DNA of 48,193 nucleotides, from assembly GCA_038323255.1 (NCBI GenBank), contig JBBQGS010000001.1, positions 1 to 48,193 on the forward strand, written 5' to 3'. Below, piece by piece: positions 8,024-16,355 of this stretch. This stretch comes from Erysipelotrichales bacterium (GTDB lineage Bacteria > Bacillota_I > Bacilli_A > Erysipelotrichales > Erysipelotrichaceae). Every line of letters starts with the position of its first letter. Position 1 is the first letter of the stretch. The position numbers were made by a program, and so were the translations under genes. The notes under the pieces were generated by a model. It ran no database searches, had not been told where the DNA came from, and saw only the letters and a program-made list of their open reading frames with translations.

Positions 8024-9354
8024 TAAAGTTTGCCCTGCGCCGCCAGTTTCGTACGGATTTCGTCGGATTTCGCAAAATCCTTTTGAGCCTTGGCTTGATT
8101 GTAGGCTGCATAATCGTCTTTGTCTTCTTGGGTCAATGCGACTGCAGGAATGTCGATTCCCAGTACGTCGAGCATCTCCCGGACTGCCTGGTAGAGCGAT
8201 GCGACCAAAGCCGCATCCGGTGTGCGCGAACGCAGGGATTGATTGAGTTGTTTGACGGTTTCAAAGAGTTCCATGAATCCGATGGGGGTGTTGAGGTCGT
8301 CATCCATCGCCGCAAAGAACGCATTCATCCTCTCAGCGTCAGCTTTATCATGCATGGCGATACCGCTTAATTGCGTTTTGATTTCGGTCTGTTTCAGCAC
8401 CGCTTCAAGTTTCGTCAGTTCCGTCTGCGCTTGGTTGACGCCTTCTTCGCTGATATTCAGCGGCGCACGGTAATGCGCCTGTAACATCATCCAGCGTGTT
8501 GCATTGGCTCCGATCTTCGCGATCACATCTCTCGCCAACATCACATTGCCTAAAGATTTACTCATTTTTTCGCCATCGATATTCAGCATGCCGTTATGCA
8601 TCCAGGTTGTTGCGATACTGTGCCCGAAGAGCGCTTTCGACTGGGCGACTTCGTTTTCATGGTGGGGAAATTTGAGATCCATCCCGCCGCCGTGGATATC
8701 GATCATGTCGTGGAAACGCTCGTTAATCATGACGACACATTCCGTATGCCATCCCGGACGGCCTTTGCCCCAAGGCGAATCCCACTGGATACCCTGGTCG
8801 GTTTTCTTCCATAGGGCGAAATCCAACGGGCTTTCTTTTTCCGTTTCTTCTTCGATGCGTGCGCCGACCAACAGGTCGTCTACATTCTGCTTGGAGATTT
8901 CCCCATAGTTTTCCACCGAGTTGACACGGAAATACACATTCCCGTCGATATTGTAGGCATTGCCTTTGTCGACCAGCTGTTTGATGAAGGCGATGATCGC
9001 ATCCATCGTTTCGGTGACTCTTGGCGCATAGGATAAAGGACGTGTATGCAGACTGTCCCTGACTTTGTCATAGGCTTCGATATAGCGGGTCGTGACGGTT
9101 TTTTCGTCGACCCCTTCGTTGATGGCTTTCTGGATGATTTTATCGTCTACATCGGTAAAGTTCGATGCATAAACGACACGAAGACCGTGTGCTTCAAAAA
9201 GACGACGCAGCGTATCGAACACGATGATCGGCCTGGCATTGCCGATATGCGCTTCGTTGTAGACCGTCGGTCCGCAGACATACATATGGACTTCCCCGGC
9301 ATTACGTGGGACGAATTCTTCATTCTTTGTGGTTCTTGAATTGTATAGTTTCAT
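8023..9354 (-). CDS. cysS: Cysteine--tRNA ligase
   Basis: HMYVCGPTVYNEAHIGNARP (HIGH motif), KMSKSLGN and WHTECV are present. Length 443 aa. Confidence 0.95.
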   Translation of the reverse strand: MKLYNSRTTKNEEFVPRNAGEVHMYVCGPTVYNEAHIGNARPIIVFDTLRRLFEAHGLRVVYASNFTDVDDKIIQKAINEGVDEKTVTTRYIEAYDKVRDSLHTRPLSYAPRVTETMDAIIAFIKQLVDKGNAYNIDGNVYFRVNSVENYGEISKQNVDDLLVGARIEEETEKESPLDFALWKKTDQGIQWDSPWGKGRPGWHTECVVMINERFHDMIDIHGGGMDLKFPHHENEVAQSKALFGHSIATTWMHNGMLNIDGEKMSKSLGNVMLARDVIAKIGANATRWMMLQAHYRAPLNISEEGVNQAQTELTKLEAVLKQTEIKTQLSGIAMHDKADAERMNAFFAAMDDDLNTPIGFMELFETVKQLNQSLRSRTPDAALVASLYQAVREMLDVLGIDIPAVALTQEDKDDYAAYNQAKAQKDFAKSDEIRTKLAAQGKL

Positions 9355-9418
9355 AAGGCGCCTCCGATGATTTCCATGGGATTAGTATATCATGAACGTG
9401 CTATTTTTGCGCCCGGCA

Positions 9419-9447
9419 TTGTAATGCGATGACTTCTAAACTACAAT
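9419..9447 (+). promoter_or_regulatory. Candidate sigma-A promoter for the AKR gene (TTGTAA-17-TACAAT)
   Basis: TTGTAA at 9419-9424, a 17-nt spacer, TACAAT at 9442-9447, lying 18 nt upstream of the ATG at 9465. The divergent cysS side carries TGATATACT (an extended -10) on the minus strand. Confidence 0.4.
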
Positions 9448-9464
9448 GTGTGCAGGTGATCACA

Positions 9465-10598
9465 ATGGAAAAACGATGCTTAGGAAAAAATAAAATTGAA
9501 ACATCCTTACTGGGGTTCGGATGTATGCGTCTACCGATGAGTGCCGATGGCAAGATCGATGAACACGAAGCTTTTACCTTATTTAATATGGCATATGCGG
9601 CCGGTGTCAATTATTATGACACCGCTTTCCCGTATCACGAAGGGCAAAGCGAAGAAGTGTTGGGTCGTTGGCTGAAGACCATCGACCGCAGTAAAGTGTT
9701 GGTCGCAACGAAATGTCCGGTCTGGCTGTTGACGAGCAAAGAAGATTTCTTTACCTATCTGCAAAAACAACTATTGAAACTGCAGACGCCGTATATCGAT
9801 TATTATCTGCTGCATGCCATGGATAAAGAGCGTTTTGATAAGCTGGTCGAAATGGGTGTATTCGACGCTTTGACGAAAGCGAAAGAAATCGGAATGATTC
9901 AACATGTGGGCTTTTCGTTCCACGACGAATTACCGGTTTTCGAGCAGATCCTACGCCACTATCCCTGGGATTTCTGCCAGATTCAGCTGAACTATATGGA
10001 TACACATTATCAAGCCGGATTAGCTGGATTACATATGGCTGAATCAATGGGAATTCCCGTTACGGTCATGGAACCGGTCAAAGGCGGAACACTGGCTAAG
10101 GTCAATATGGATGTCCGTCGTTTGTTCGATACGTTCCACCCGCATTGGTCGAGTGCTTCTTTCGCACTGCGTTGGGTCGGATCTTTCCCCAATGTGCAGG
10201 TCGTTCTTTCCGGTATGTCCGCCCGGCTTCAGGTGCTGGACAATTTGTCGACCTTTACGAAATTCGTCCCGATGGAAGAGGATGAAGTCGCTATGATGGG
10301 TCAGGCGGCCGAACTGATGCGCGCACGTATCAAAGTACCTTGTACTGCTTGCCGCTATTGCATGCCCTGCCCTTACGGTGTCGATATCCCCGTCAATTTC
10401 AGTTATTATAATGAGGCGTACATGTATGACAATCAAGATAAAGCGAAAGACCGATATATGAATTGGCTCGATGCAGGAGAGCGGGCTTCGGCCTGTGTCG
10501 CCTGCCAAGCTTGCGTTGAAAAGTGCCCGCAACATATTCTGATCCCCGACCGTTTAGTTGAAGTGCGCGCCTTTTTCGAAAGCGATGATACCGTATGA
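9465..10598 (+). CDS. Aldo/keto reductase with a C-terminal 4Fe-4S ferredoxin-type domain
   Basis: LGFGCMRLP and NYYDTAFPYHEGQSEEVLG form the AKR core. Two Cys clusters are present: CTACRYCMPCP and CVACQACVEKCP. The SD AGGTGA lies 6 nt before the ATG at 9465; the track ORF starts 12 codons earlier without an SD. Confidence 0.85.
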   Translation: MEKRCLGKNKIETSLLGFGCMRLPMSADGKIDEHEAFTLFNMAYAAGVNYYDTAFPYHEGQSEEVLGRWLKTIDRSKVLVATKCPVWLLTSKEDFFTYLQKQLLKLQTPYIDYYLLHAMDKERFDKLVEMGVFDALTKAKEIGMIQHVGFSFHDELPVFEQILRHYPWDFCQIQLNYMDTHYQAGLAGLHMAESMGIPVTVMEPVKGGTLAKVNMDVRRLFDTFHPHWSSASFALRWVGSFPNVQVVLSGMSARLQVLDNLSTFTKFVPMEEDEVAMMGQAAELMRARIKVPCTACRYCMPCPYGVDIPVNFSYYNEAYMYDNQDKAKDRYMNWLDAGERASACVACQACVEKCPQHILIPDRLVEVRAFFESDDTV

Positions 10599-11689
10599 CC
10601 AAACTCGCGATAACCATCGATGCGGTTGTTATGGCACCTTCCCAAATTACCGCTTACCTGGCGGATGCGAAGCGTTTAGCCTACAGTGAAGTCTACTTTG
10701 TGTTGCACAGCGAGAATTTCAACCGTAGTAAATGTGTCGATTCAATCGTCCGCCTACTGAACGAAATCCGTGCAGGTGGATTCAGAATGCATGCGGTAGT
10801 AAACGAAGAGACTTTTTTCGAGATCGGCTTCAATAAAAACGATCTCAAACCCTTCCTTGACTTAGGTTTCCGTGCTTTGCGATTGGAAAGCGGCTTTGAC
10901 AAGCATGAATTGGTGAGTGCGTTGACGCTTAACCCGCATGGCATCCAAATCGAAGACAATGCGCTCGCATTGGAAGATCCGATCGGCCGCATCAAGGCGA
11001 TCCAGACCAAAGGGAATCTGAAGCAGTATTCCGCCATTCATCCTTATTATCTCCATCCGGATACAGGCAGTTCATTCGAGAGTTGCGTCAACCGGACAAA
11101 ACTGTTTAAATCCTGCGGGATTGAAACCGGAATCTGGGTTAATACCCTGGAAAACCGTTCTCCTGCTTTCCCCTTGGGGATCGGCTGTCCGACCATCGAG
11201 AGTCAACGCCATATCAATTCCAATCTGAGCGCCAGCGAACTGGTCGCCCTCAATCTATTCGATATGTTGGGATTTGGTATCAACCCGCCTTCACGTGAGG
11301 AAATGGAAGATCTGACTCGTGTTGTCTCCCGCAATACGGTTGAAGTCCCGGTTTATTTCCACCCCGAGTTGGATGCGCATTTGAAAGAGAGTCTGTTACA
11401 GATTACTTTCAAAGCACGCAGCGACAGCGGTTCTCAGATCTTACGGGCTATTCAGTTCCGCCACAAAGCCTCCATCCAACCCTTCAATGTGATCAACCGC
11501 GATCGTCTCTCACTGACCATCGACAATCATCTTGCCTGCAACTACGAGGGCGAGATGCAGATTACCTTGAAGAACCTCCCTTCCGTCCCGTATACCAACG
11601 TAATCGGCCAAGTCGACTTGGTCGCCGCCAAACTTGTCGACCTGCTACAAAGCGGGAAAATGAGTTTTGTCCTTATCGAAGCAAAATAA
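10595..11689 (+). CDS. DUF871 / MupG-like TIM-barrel protein (6-phospho-N-acetylmuramidase family, divergent)
   Basis: It is collinear with family landmarks: LGFRALRLESGF, IHPYYLHPDTG, GCPTIESQRH. Its ATG overlaps the AKR stop (ATGA). The assignment is by recollection of family motifs, not by a search. Confidence 0.55.
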   Translation: MTKLAITIDAVVMAPSQITAYLADAKRLAYSEVYFVLHSENFNRSKCVDSIVRLLNEIRAGGFRMHAVVNEETFFEIGFNKNDLKPFLDLGFRALRLESGFDKHELVSALTLNPHGIQIEDNALALEDPIGRIKAIQTKGNLKQYSAIHPYYLHPDTGSSFESCVNRTKLFKSCGIETGIWVNTLENRSPAFPLGIGCPTIESQRHINSNLSASELVALNLFDMLGFGINPPSREEMEDLTRVVSRNTVEVPVYFHPELDAHLKESLLQITFKARSDSGSQILRAIQFRHKASIQPFNVINRDRLSLTIDNHLACNYEGEMQITLKNLPSVPYTNVIGQVDLVAAKLVDLLQSGKMSFVLIEAK

Positions 11690-11707
11690 TCCCGTTGGGG
11701 ATTTTTT
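11688..11707 (+). terminator. Rho-independent terminator after the DUF871 gene
   Basis: AATCCC-GTTG-GGGATT followed by TTTTTG. It overlaps the stop codon. Confidence 0.6.
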
Positions 11708-11773
11708 GTTTATCGTTAGATTTCACAGTCACCTTGTCTTTTGCGATATACTATCGTTAGTGGAGGATGCAAC

Positions 11774-13780
11774 ATGACGAAGAAAAACAAGTATGAAGAA
11801 AAATTCCGGATATTTCGCCTCAACAAGAAACTGACACCGTACAAATCCGCCATCAGGATAGCCCTGATCTATTTAATCTATGGCGCTCTTTGGATCATCC
11901 TTTCTGATCAGGCACTTGCTCTATTGGTGAAAGATCCGCAACTCTACATCAAATTATCGACAGTTAAGGGTTGGTTGTATGTCGCGTTAACTACCGGCTT
12001 CATCTATGTGCTGGTCGTTTCGACTTTGGATCTCTACGTAGAAGCCAAACAGAAAGTCGAATCAATCAACGAAGACCTGCAGCAACAACTTGAAAAAACA
12101 ACACAGAGCGAACAGCGTTTCCAACTAGCGGTGAAAGGCTCTTTCGATTCGATTTGGGAATATGATCCAACCCTGGATTCAATCGTCATGTCCGATGCAC
12201 TGCTTCTGAACCTTGGGTATACCGGCGATGAACGTCATATCGCGAATCTGGAAACATGGTACGAACTGATCCATCCCGCCGATTTGGAACTGTTCAGGCA
12301 ACGCATCGAGAATTTCATTGCGATCCCGTACGAAAACTTCGAATTTACTTATCGTGTTTTGCGAAAAAATGGGAATGTGGCATGGATCCGCACGCATGGT
12401 TCGGCCCGGATCGACGAAAACGGAAAAATCATCCGCGTCGCCGGATCGCACAGCGACGTCACCATCGCCCATGAGTTTCAGGACGAACTGACCCGCTTGG
12501 CTTACTATAACACTTTGACCGGTTTACTGAATTGGCACGGATTCTCAAACAAAGTCGATCAGCGTATCAAATCACAGCCCGAACAATCCTTCAGTATCCT
12601 GTATCTGGATATCGACGATTTCAAAAACATCAACGACGTCCATGGCTATTCCGTCGGAGATCAACTGCTACGCGATATTTCAGCCGAGTTGACAGCGTTG
12701 AATCAAACTCCTGATTTCATCGCGAATTTGGGCGGTGACGGGTTCGGCTTCCTGCTTGAAACCATTCAGTATTCCGAGTTACTCTACCGCATCAACCATA
12801 TCTATGAAACATTTCGGAAAATCAGGAACGTGGAAGGTCAGTCTATCACCGTTTATGCCAGCATAGGTATCGCCCAATATCCCAAAGATGCTTCGACGTT
12901 CAAGGATTTGATGAAGTGCGCCGACGAAGCGATGTACGAAGCGAAAAACAAAGGGAAAAACACATTCGTGTTCTTCAGCGAAGAGATTCATATAGATCGG
13001 ATCAACCAAATCGCATTGATCCAGAATTTACGCAATGCGGTCGAAAAAAACGAGCTATATATGATGTATCAGCCTGTCTACCGCCTGCGTGACCATCGAC
13101 TATCTTCCATCGAGTCGTTGGTGCGCTGGAACCCCGAAGGGAAAGGAAACATTCCACCGGATATCTTCATCCCATTGGCTGAATCGACCGGATTAATCGG
13201 AAAGATTGAATTGTGGGTCTTCGAGAATGTCTTCAAACAGGTGATCGAATGGCGCTCTACATCCCGTAAAAACACGCCGATCGCCATCAATCTGTCTTCT
13301 TACGGCATCGTCGATGATTTGTTTATCCTGCGCGTCGTGGAATTATTGAAGTTCTACGGTATCAAAGAGGGTGAAGTGGAAGTCGAAATCACCGAAACAG
13401 GTTTGATCGAAGGATACGAAGCAGCAATCAGAAATCTGTTGGTTCTTCGCTTAAACGGCATCAAAATTTTGTTGGATGATTTTGGGAAGGGTTATTCTTC
13501 GTTTACGCATCTGGTTGAGTTGCCCATCGACGTGTTGAAAATCGATATCGGTTTTATCAACCGCATCCACAGTTCCAAGGAAATCGATTCGATTATCATG
13601 ACGATCGTCAACTTAGCACATTCGATCCATCTCGAAGTGGTTGCGGAAGGGATCGAACACGAATATCAGTTCGAATTCCTGCGCAGCATCGATACGGATT
13701 TCGGCCAGGGTTATCTGCTTCATCGTCCGACGATGCCGGAGATTATACAAAGTCTCTTCGATAATCTCACCGACCAATAA
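11774..13780 (+). CDS. Membrane-anchored PAS / degenerate GGDEF (GGDGF) / EAL c-di-GMP protein
   Basis: Two N-terminal TM helices, a PAS region (FRQRIENF..YRVLRKNGNVAWIR), GGDGF at 12731-12745 and RxxD-less. EAL landmarks are ESL at 13112-13120, DDFGKGYSS, LKIDIGFI, EGIEHEYQ and QGYLLHRP. GGAGGA lies 7 nt before the ATG at 11774. Confidence 0.9.
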   Translation: MTKKNKYEEKFRIFRLNKKLTPYKSAIRIALIYLIYGALWIILSDQALALLVKDPQLYIKLSTVKGWLYVALTTGFIYVLVVSTLDLYVEAKQKVESINEDLQQQLEKTTQSEQRFQLAVKGSFDSIWEYDPTLDSIVMSDALLLNLGYTGDERHIANLETWYELIHPADLELFRQRIENFIAIPYENFEFTYRVLRKNGNVAWIRTHGSARIDENGKIIRVAGSHSDVTIAHEFQDELTRLAYYNTLTGLLNWHGFSNKVDQRIKSQPEQSFSILYLDIDDFKNINDVHGYSVGDQLLRDISAELTALNQTPDFIANLGGDGFGFLLETIQYSELLYRINHIYETFRKIRNVEGQSITVYASIGIAQYPKDASTFKDLMKCADEAMYEAKNKGKNTFVFFSEEIHIDRINQIALIQNLRNAVEKNELYMMYQPVYRLRDHRLSSIESLVRWNPEGKGNIPPDIFIPLAESTGLIGKIELWVFENVFKQVIEWRSTSRKNTPIAINLSSYGIVDDLFILRVVELLKFYGIKEGEVEVEITETGLIEGYEAAIRNLLVLRLNGIKILLDDFGKGYSSFTHLVELPIDVLKIDIGFINRIHSSKEIDSIIMTIVNLAHSIHLEVVAEGIEHEYQFEFLRSIDTDFGQGYLLHRPTMPEIIQSLFDNLTDQ

Positions 13781-13810
13781 AAAAGCATACTGCCTGCGCA
13801 ATATGCCGGA

Positions 13811-13838
13811 CTGCCGAATCAAATTTCGGCAGTTTTTT
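13811..13838 (+). terminator. Rho-independent terminator between convergent genes
   Basis: CTGCCGAA-TCAAAT-TTCGGCAG followed by TTTTTT. The same hairpin faces the 3' end of the PAP2 gene but has no U-tract on that strand. Confidence 0.8.
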
Positions 13839-13851
13839 AAATCGAAGGTCA

Positions 13852-14661
13852 TCATAACTTCAAGATGTACTTTTTGGTTTCTGCAAATATACAAACCGTG
13901 ATGGCGACGCCGACCAAGGTGTCGGACAAAAAGTGTTCACCCAACATCATTCGACTCAGCATGACCATGATGATCCATGCGATACTGCCCAAAAGAAAGG
14001 AGCGTTGTTTGCCTTTCAATGAATCAAAAACATCCGGCAACATAGTCGAAATCAGCGATACCGCAGCGAATTGACTGTGCCCTGAAGGGAATGATTTAAA
14101 ACTCTCGCTCAGTGTGAAACCACGCGGTAGATACCATGGTGAGAAAAGCGTGTCGTTGCCGACGAAAGTCCAGTAACGCGCACGTCCCCACACGATTTTC
14201 AGAAGGTTGACGGCTGCCATCGAGCCGACCATGGTTATGGCGCCGATCATGGCATATTTGCGTAGACTTTGTTTTCTTACAACAGGTAATTTCGCAATCA
14301 GATAAGCGGCAATCAATACGAAAGCGATCCCGAACAGTCCAATGAGTGGTTGATGGATGCCCATCGATACTACGGGTGTATACACCAATGAAAAGCCGAA
14401 TACCAACATCAGAACACTGTTGACGATGCGGTTCAGAATGCGCAGATTCTTATTGAGGGGATCAGTGACTGCCAATACGCAAAAAGACAGCGCACCCAAG
14501 CCCATACCCGGAAACGAAGCGAAGTGTTTGAAGAAAAGCCCGAACGGACTTGAAGGGTCATAAAGGGCTTTTGTCAGCGGAAGGTCGACGAAAGACGCGC
14601 CGATTAGCAGCACCACAAACCCAAGCATTAGGAATCGTTTTTCGTTTTTAGAGAGCAACAT
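13852..14661 (-). CDS. PAP2-family membrane phosphatase
   Basis: Three PAP2 motifs are present: KIVWGRARY, PSGHS and SRMMLGEHFLSD. The protein has multiple TM segments. The ATG at 14661 follows AAGGAA; the track ORF begins 6 codons earlier at a TTG. Confidence 0.8.
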   Translation of the reverse strand: MLLSKNEKRFLMLGFVVLLIGASFVDLPLTKALYDPSSPFGLFFKHFASFPGMGLGALSFCVLAVTDPLNKNLRILNRIVNSVLMLVFGFSLVYTPVVSMGIHQPLIGLFGIAFVLIAAYLIAKLPVVRKQSLRKYAMIGAITMVGSMAAVNLLKIVWGRARYWTFVGNDTLFSPWYLPRGFTLSESFKSFPSGHSQFAAVSLISTMLPDVFDSLKGKQRSFLLGSIAWIIMVMLSRMMLGEHFLSDTLVGVAITVCIFAETKKYILKL

Positions 14662-14758
14662 ACATTTCCTTTCAGGCAATTACTTTTGACACTATACCAT
14701 ATCGGACAAACAAAATCACTTTGGTCGGTCGGATTAGGCAAATATCGGCTTATCCAAC

Positions 14759-14790
14759 GTAAAAGAACCGCTTGATTTAGGCAGCGGTTC
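14759..14790 (-). terminator. Rho-independent terminator closing the copper operon
   Basis: The minus strand reads GAACCGCT-GCCTAAATCA-AGCGGTTC followed by TTTTAC, 22 nt after the stop at 14812. Confidence 0.7.
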
Positions 14791-14811
14791 TACATTTATC
14801 ATTTTTACAAT

Positions 14812-16047
14812 CTATCTGACAAACAAATAAGTGCGTACCATATGCATCCAGCACACGATTTCAAGCTCGCCTTTTTTATCGGGTGTGAAAACGATTGGCT
14901 GTGGATTTTGTTTCACGTCGACCGTTTGATTGAGGAATGTCAGTTCCAACGGATTCGTACATCCCACGATGCCTTCCCATGAAAAGCTGAGTTTCACCGG
15001 AATCCCGACTTTGAGATTGGGATAATCGACGATGTAGGTCCCGTTCTTGAGATGCAGATTGACCATCTGGTACCCATCTACAATCGGGGCGGATGTTTTC
15101 TGGCCTGTTACACTTTGCATCAGCGCATTGACCGGCGCGGCGATTAAGGGAGAACGAAGTGTCATTTGCAAGCCCATCAGTGCGACCAAGAGCGCAGCGG
15201 CCAGTTGAACACGACGTCCGTTGAGGGCGTTCATTTTCGCACCCAACCATTGCATTCCGATAAGTGCCGGTGCGGTCGTCAGTGCGAAGACAAGCATGAC
15301 ACCTCCTCCGTAGAGAGGGTTGGCCGTTCCCAATGCGACGATCTGCATCGTCTGCAGAGAGCCGCACGGCATCAATGCATTCAGTAATCCGACCACAAAC
15401 GGACCACGGTCGGCGTTGTTTTTAAACAGGGCGATTTCAGGCATACGGAAGCGGATGACTTTCGCCATATTGAGGGCAAGCAAGATCATCCACATGCCTG
15501 CAAAAAGCAAAAGAACATTGGTGAAAAGCGGGCTGATTGTAAATACCTTCCCGACCATTCCCAAGATCATTCCACTCAATGTATAGGATAGAATCCGACC
15601 CGTCTGATATTGTCGGACGCGTTTGCCCGGTTGCATCACCGTTGAAGAAATCGATGTCCCGAAGGCGATCCCACCGCACATACCGATACAGTGAAGGGAG
15701 GAAACAAGTCCGTAAACCACAACCAACCCAAGTGTAACCGACGAGGAGGTCGGATCGAAATAGAGAGATCCATATAACGATTGGGCTGCGATGAAGACGA
15801 CGATCACACCACCCAACAAACCAAGAAATCCCCAAGGGAATTTCTCTTTCTTAAATTGGTAGCCGGCACTTTCAACCGCTGCTTTCAGTTTGGCATCCGA
15901 GGGAAGCGTCTTGCCTTTGATGAAGGCTGTCCCTTCTGTATAGGAAACAGCGGCAGAACTGACGCCATCGACACTTAATAATGCTTTCTTTACTTTGACT
16001 TCGCAGGATGAACAGGTCATCCCTGAAATGTTGATTTTACGTTCCAT
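14812..16047 (-). CDS. Three-domain membrane protein: N-terminal HMA domain, DsbD_2/TauE-like polytopic core, C-terminal cupredoxin-like domain
   Basis: HMA domain: ISGMTCSSCEVKVKKAL. Membrane core contains SSLHCIGMCGGIAFG and LMPCGSLQ. C-terminal domain: GIPVKLSFSWEGIVGCTNPLEL...FTPDKKGELEIVCWMHM, the C..C.M.M pattern of Cupredoxin_1-type domains. The start is coupled to the csoR stop (TGATATG) and has no SD of its own. Confidence 0.75.
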   Translation of the reverse strand: MERKINISGMTCSSCEVKVKKALLSVDGVSSAAVSYTEGTAFIKGKTLPSDAKLKAAVESAGYQFKKEKFPWGFLGLLGGVIVVFIAAQSLYGSLYFDPTSSSVTLGLVVVYGLVSSLHCIGMCGGIAFGTSISSTVMQPGKRVRQYQTGRILSYTLSGMILGMVGKVFTISPLFTNVLLLFAGMWMILLALNMAKVIRFRMPEIALFKNNADRGPFVVGLLNALMPCGSLQTMQIVALGTANPLYGGGVMLVFALTTAPALIGMQWLGAKMNALNGRRVQLAAALLVALMGLQMTLRSPLIAAPVNALMQSVTGQKTSAPIVDGYQMVNLHLKNGTYIVDYPNLKVGIPVKLSFSWEGIVGCTNPLELTFLNQTVDVKQNPQPIVFTPDKKGELEIVCWMHMVRTYLFVR

Positions 16048-16048
16048 A

Positions 16049-16351
16049 TCAGCGCGTCAATCGTTTGATGGTCGTCAGTACCTCGTCGATGATTTTCGGA
16101 TCACCGGCCTGCAGGTCGCGGACGACGCAGGTGCGCAAATGCTGGGCGAAAAGCTGGGTTGAGAAACTGTCCAGTCCGGATTTGACGGCGGCAACCTGAA
16201 TGAGGATGTCGTCGCAGTATATATCGTTTTCGACCATGGTTTTAAGTCCCCGGATCTGCCCTTCCATCCGATTCAGACGGTTGAGCAGATCTTGGATTTG
16301 GGGTTCTTCCCGATCCGTGTGTTTTTCATTATGCATTTCGCAGTTTTTCAT
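16049..16351 (-). CDS. csoR: CsoR-family copper-sensing repressor
   Basis: LNRLNRMEGQIRGLKTMVEND.YCDDILIQ...HLRTC carries the CsoR C-H-C ligand pattern. Length 100 aa. Confidence 0.88.
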   Translation of the reverse strand: MKNCEMHNEKHTDREEPQIQDLLNRLNRMEGQIRGLKTMVENDIYCDDILIQVAAVKSGLDSFSTQLFAQHLRTCVVRDLQAGDPKIIDEVLTTIKRLTR

Positions 16352-16355
16352 GGGG

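Noticed and set aside
9355-9464. Looked for a T-box leader upstream of cysS, which is common in Bacillota
   Set aside because: Only about 110 bp separate cysS from the divergent AKR gene. This is too short for a T-box (about 200 nt or more), and no specifier or terminator-antiterminator helices are visible. Only an extended -10 (TGATATACT) is present.
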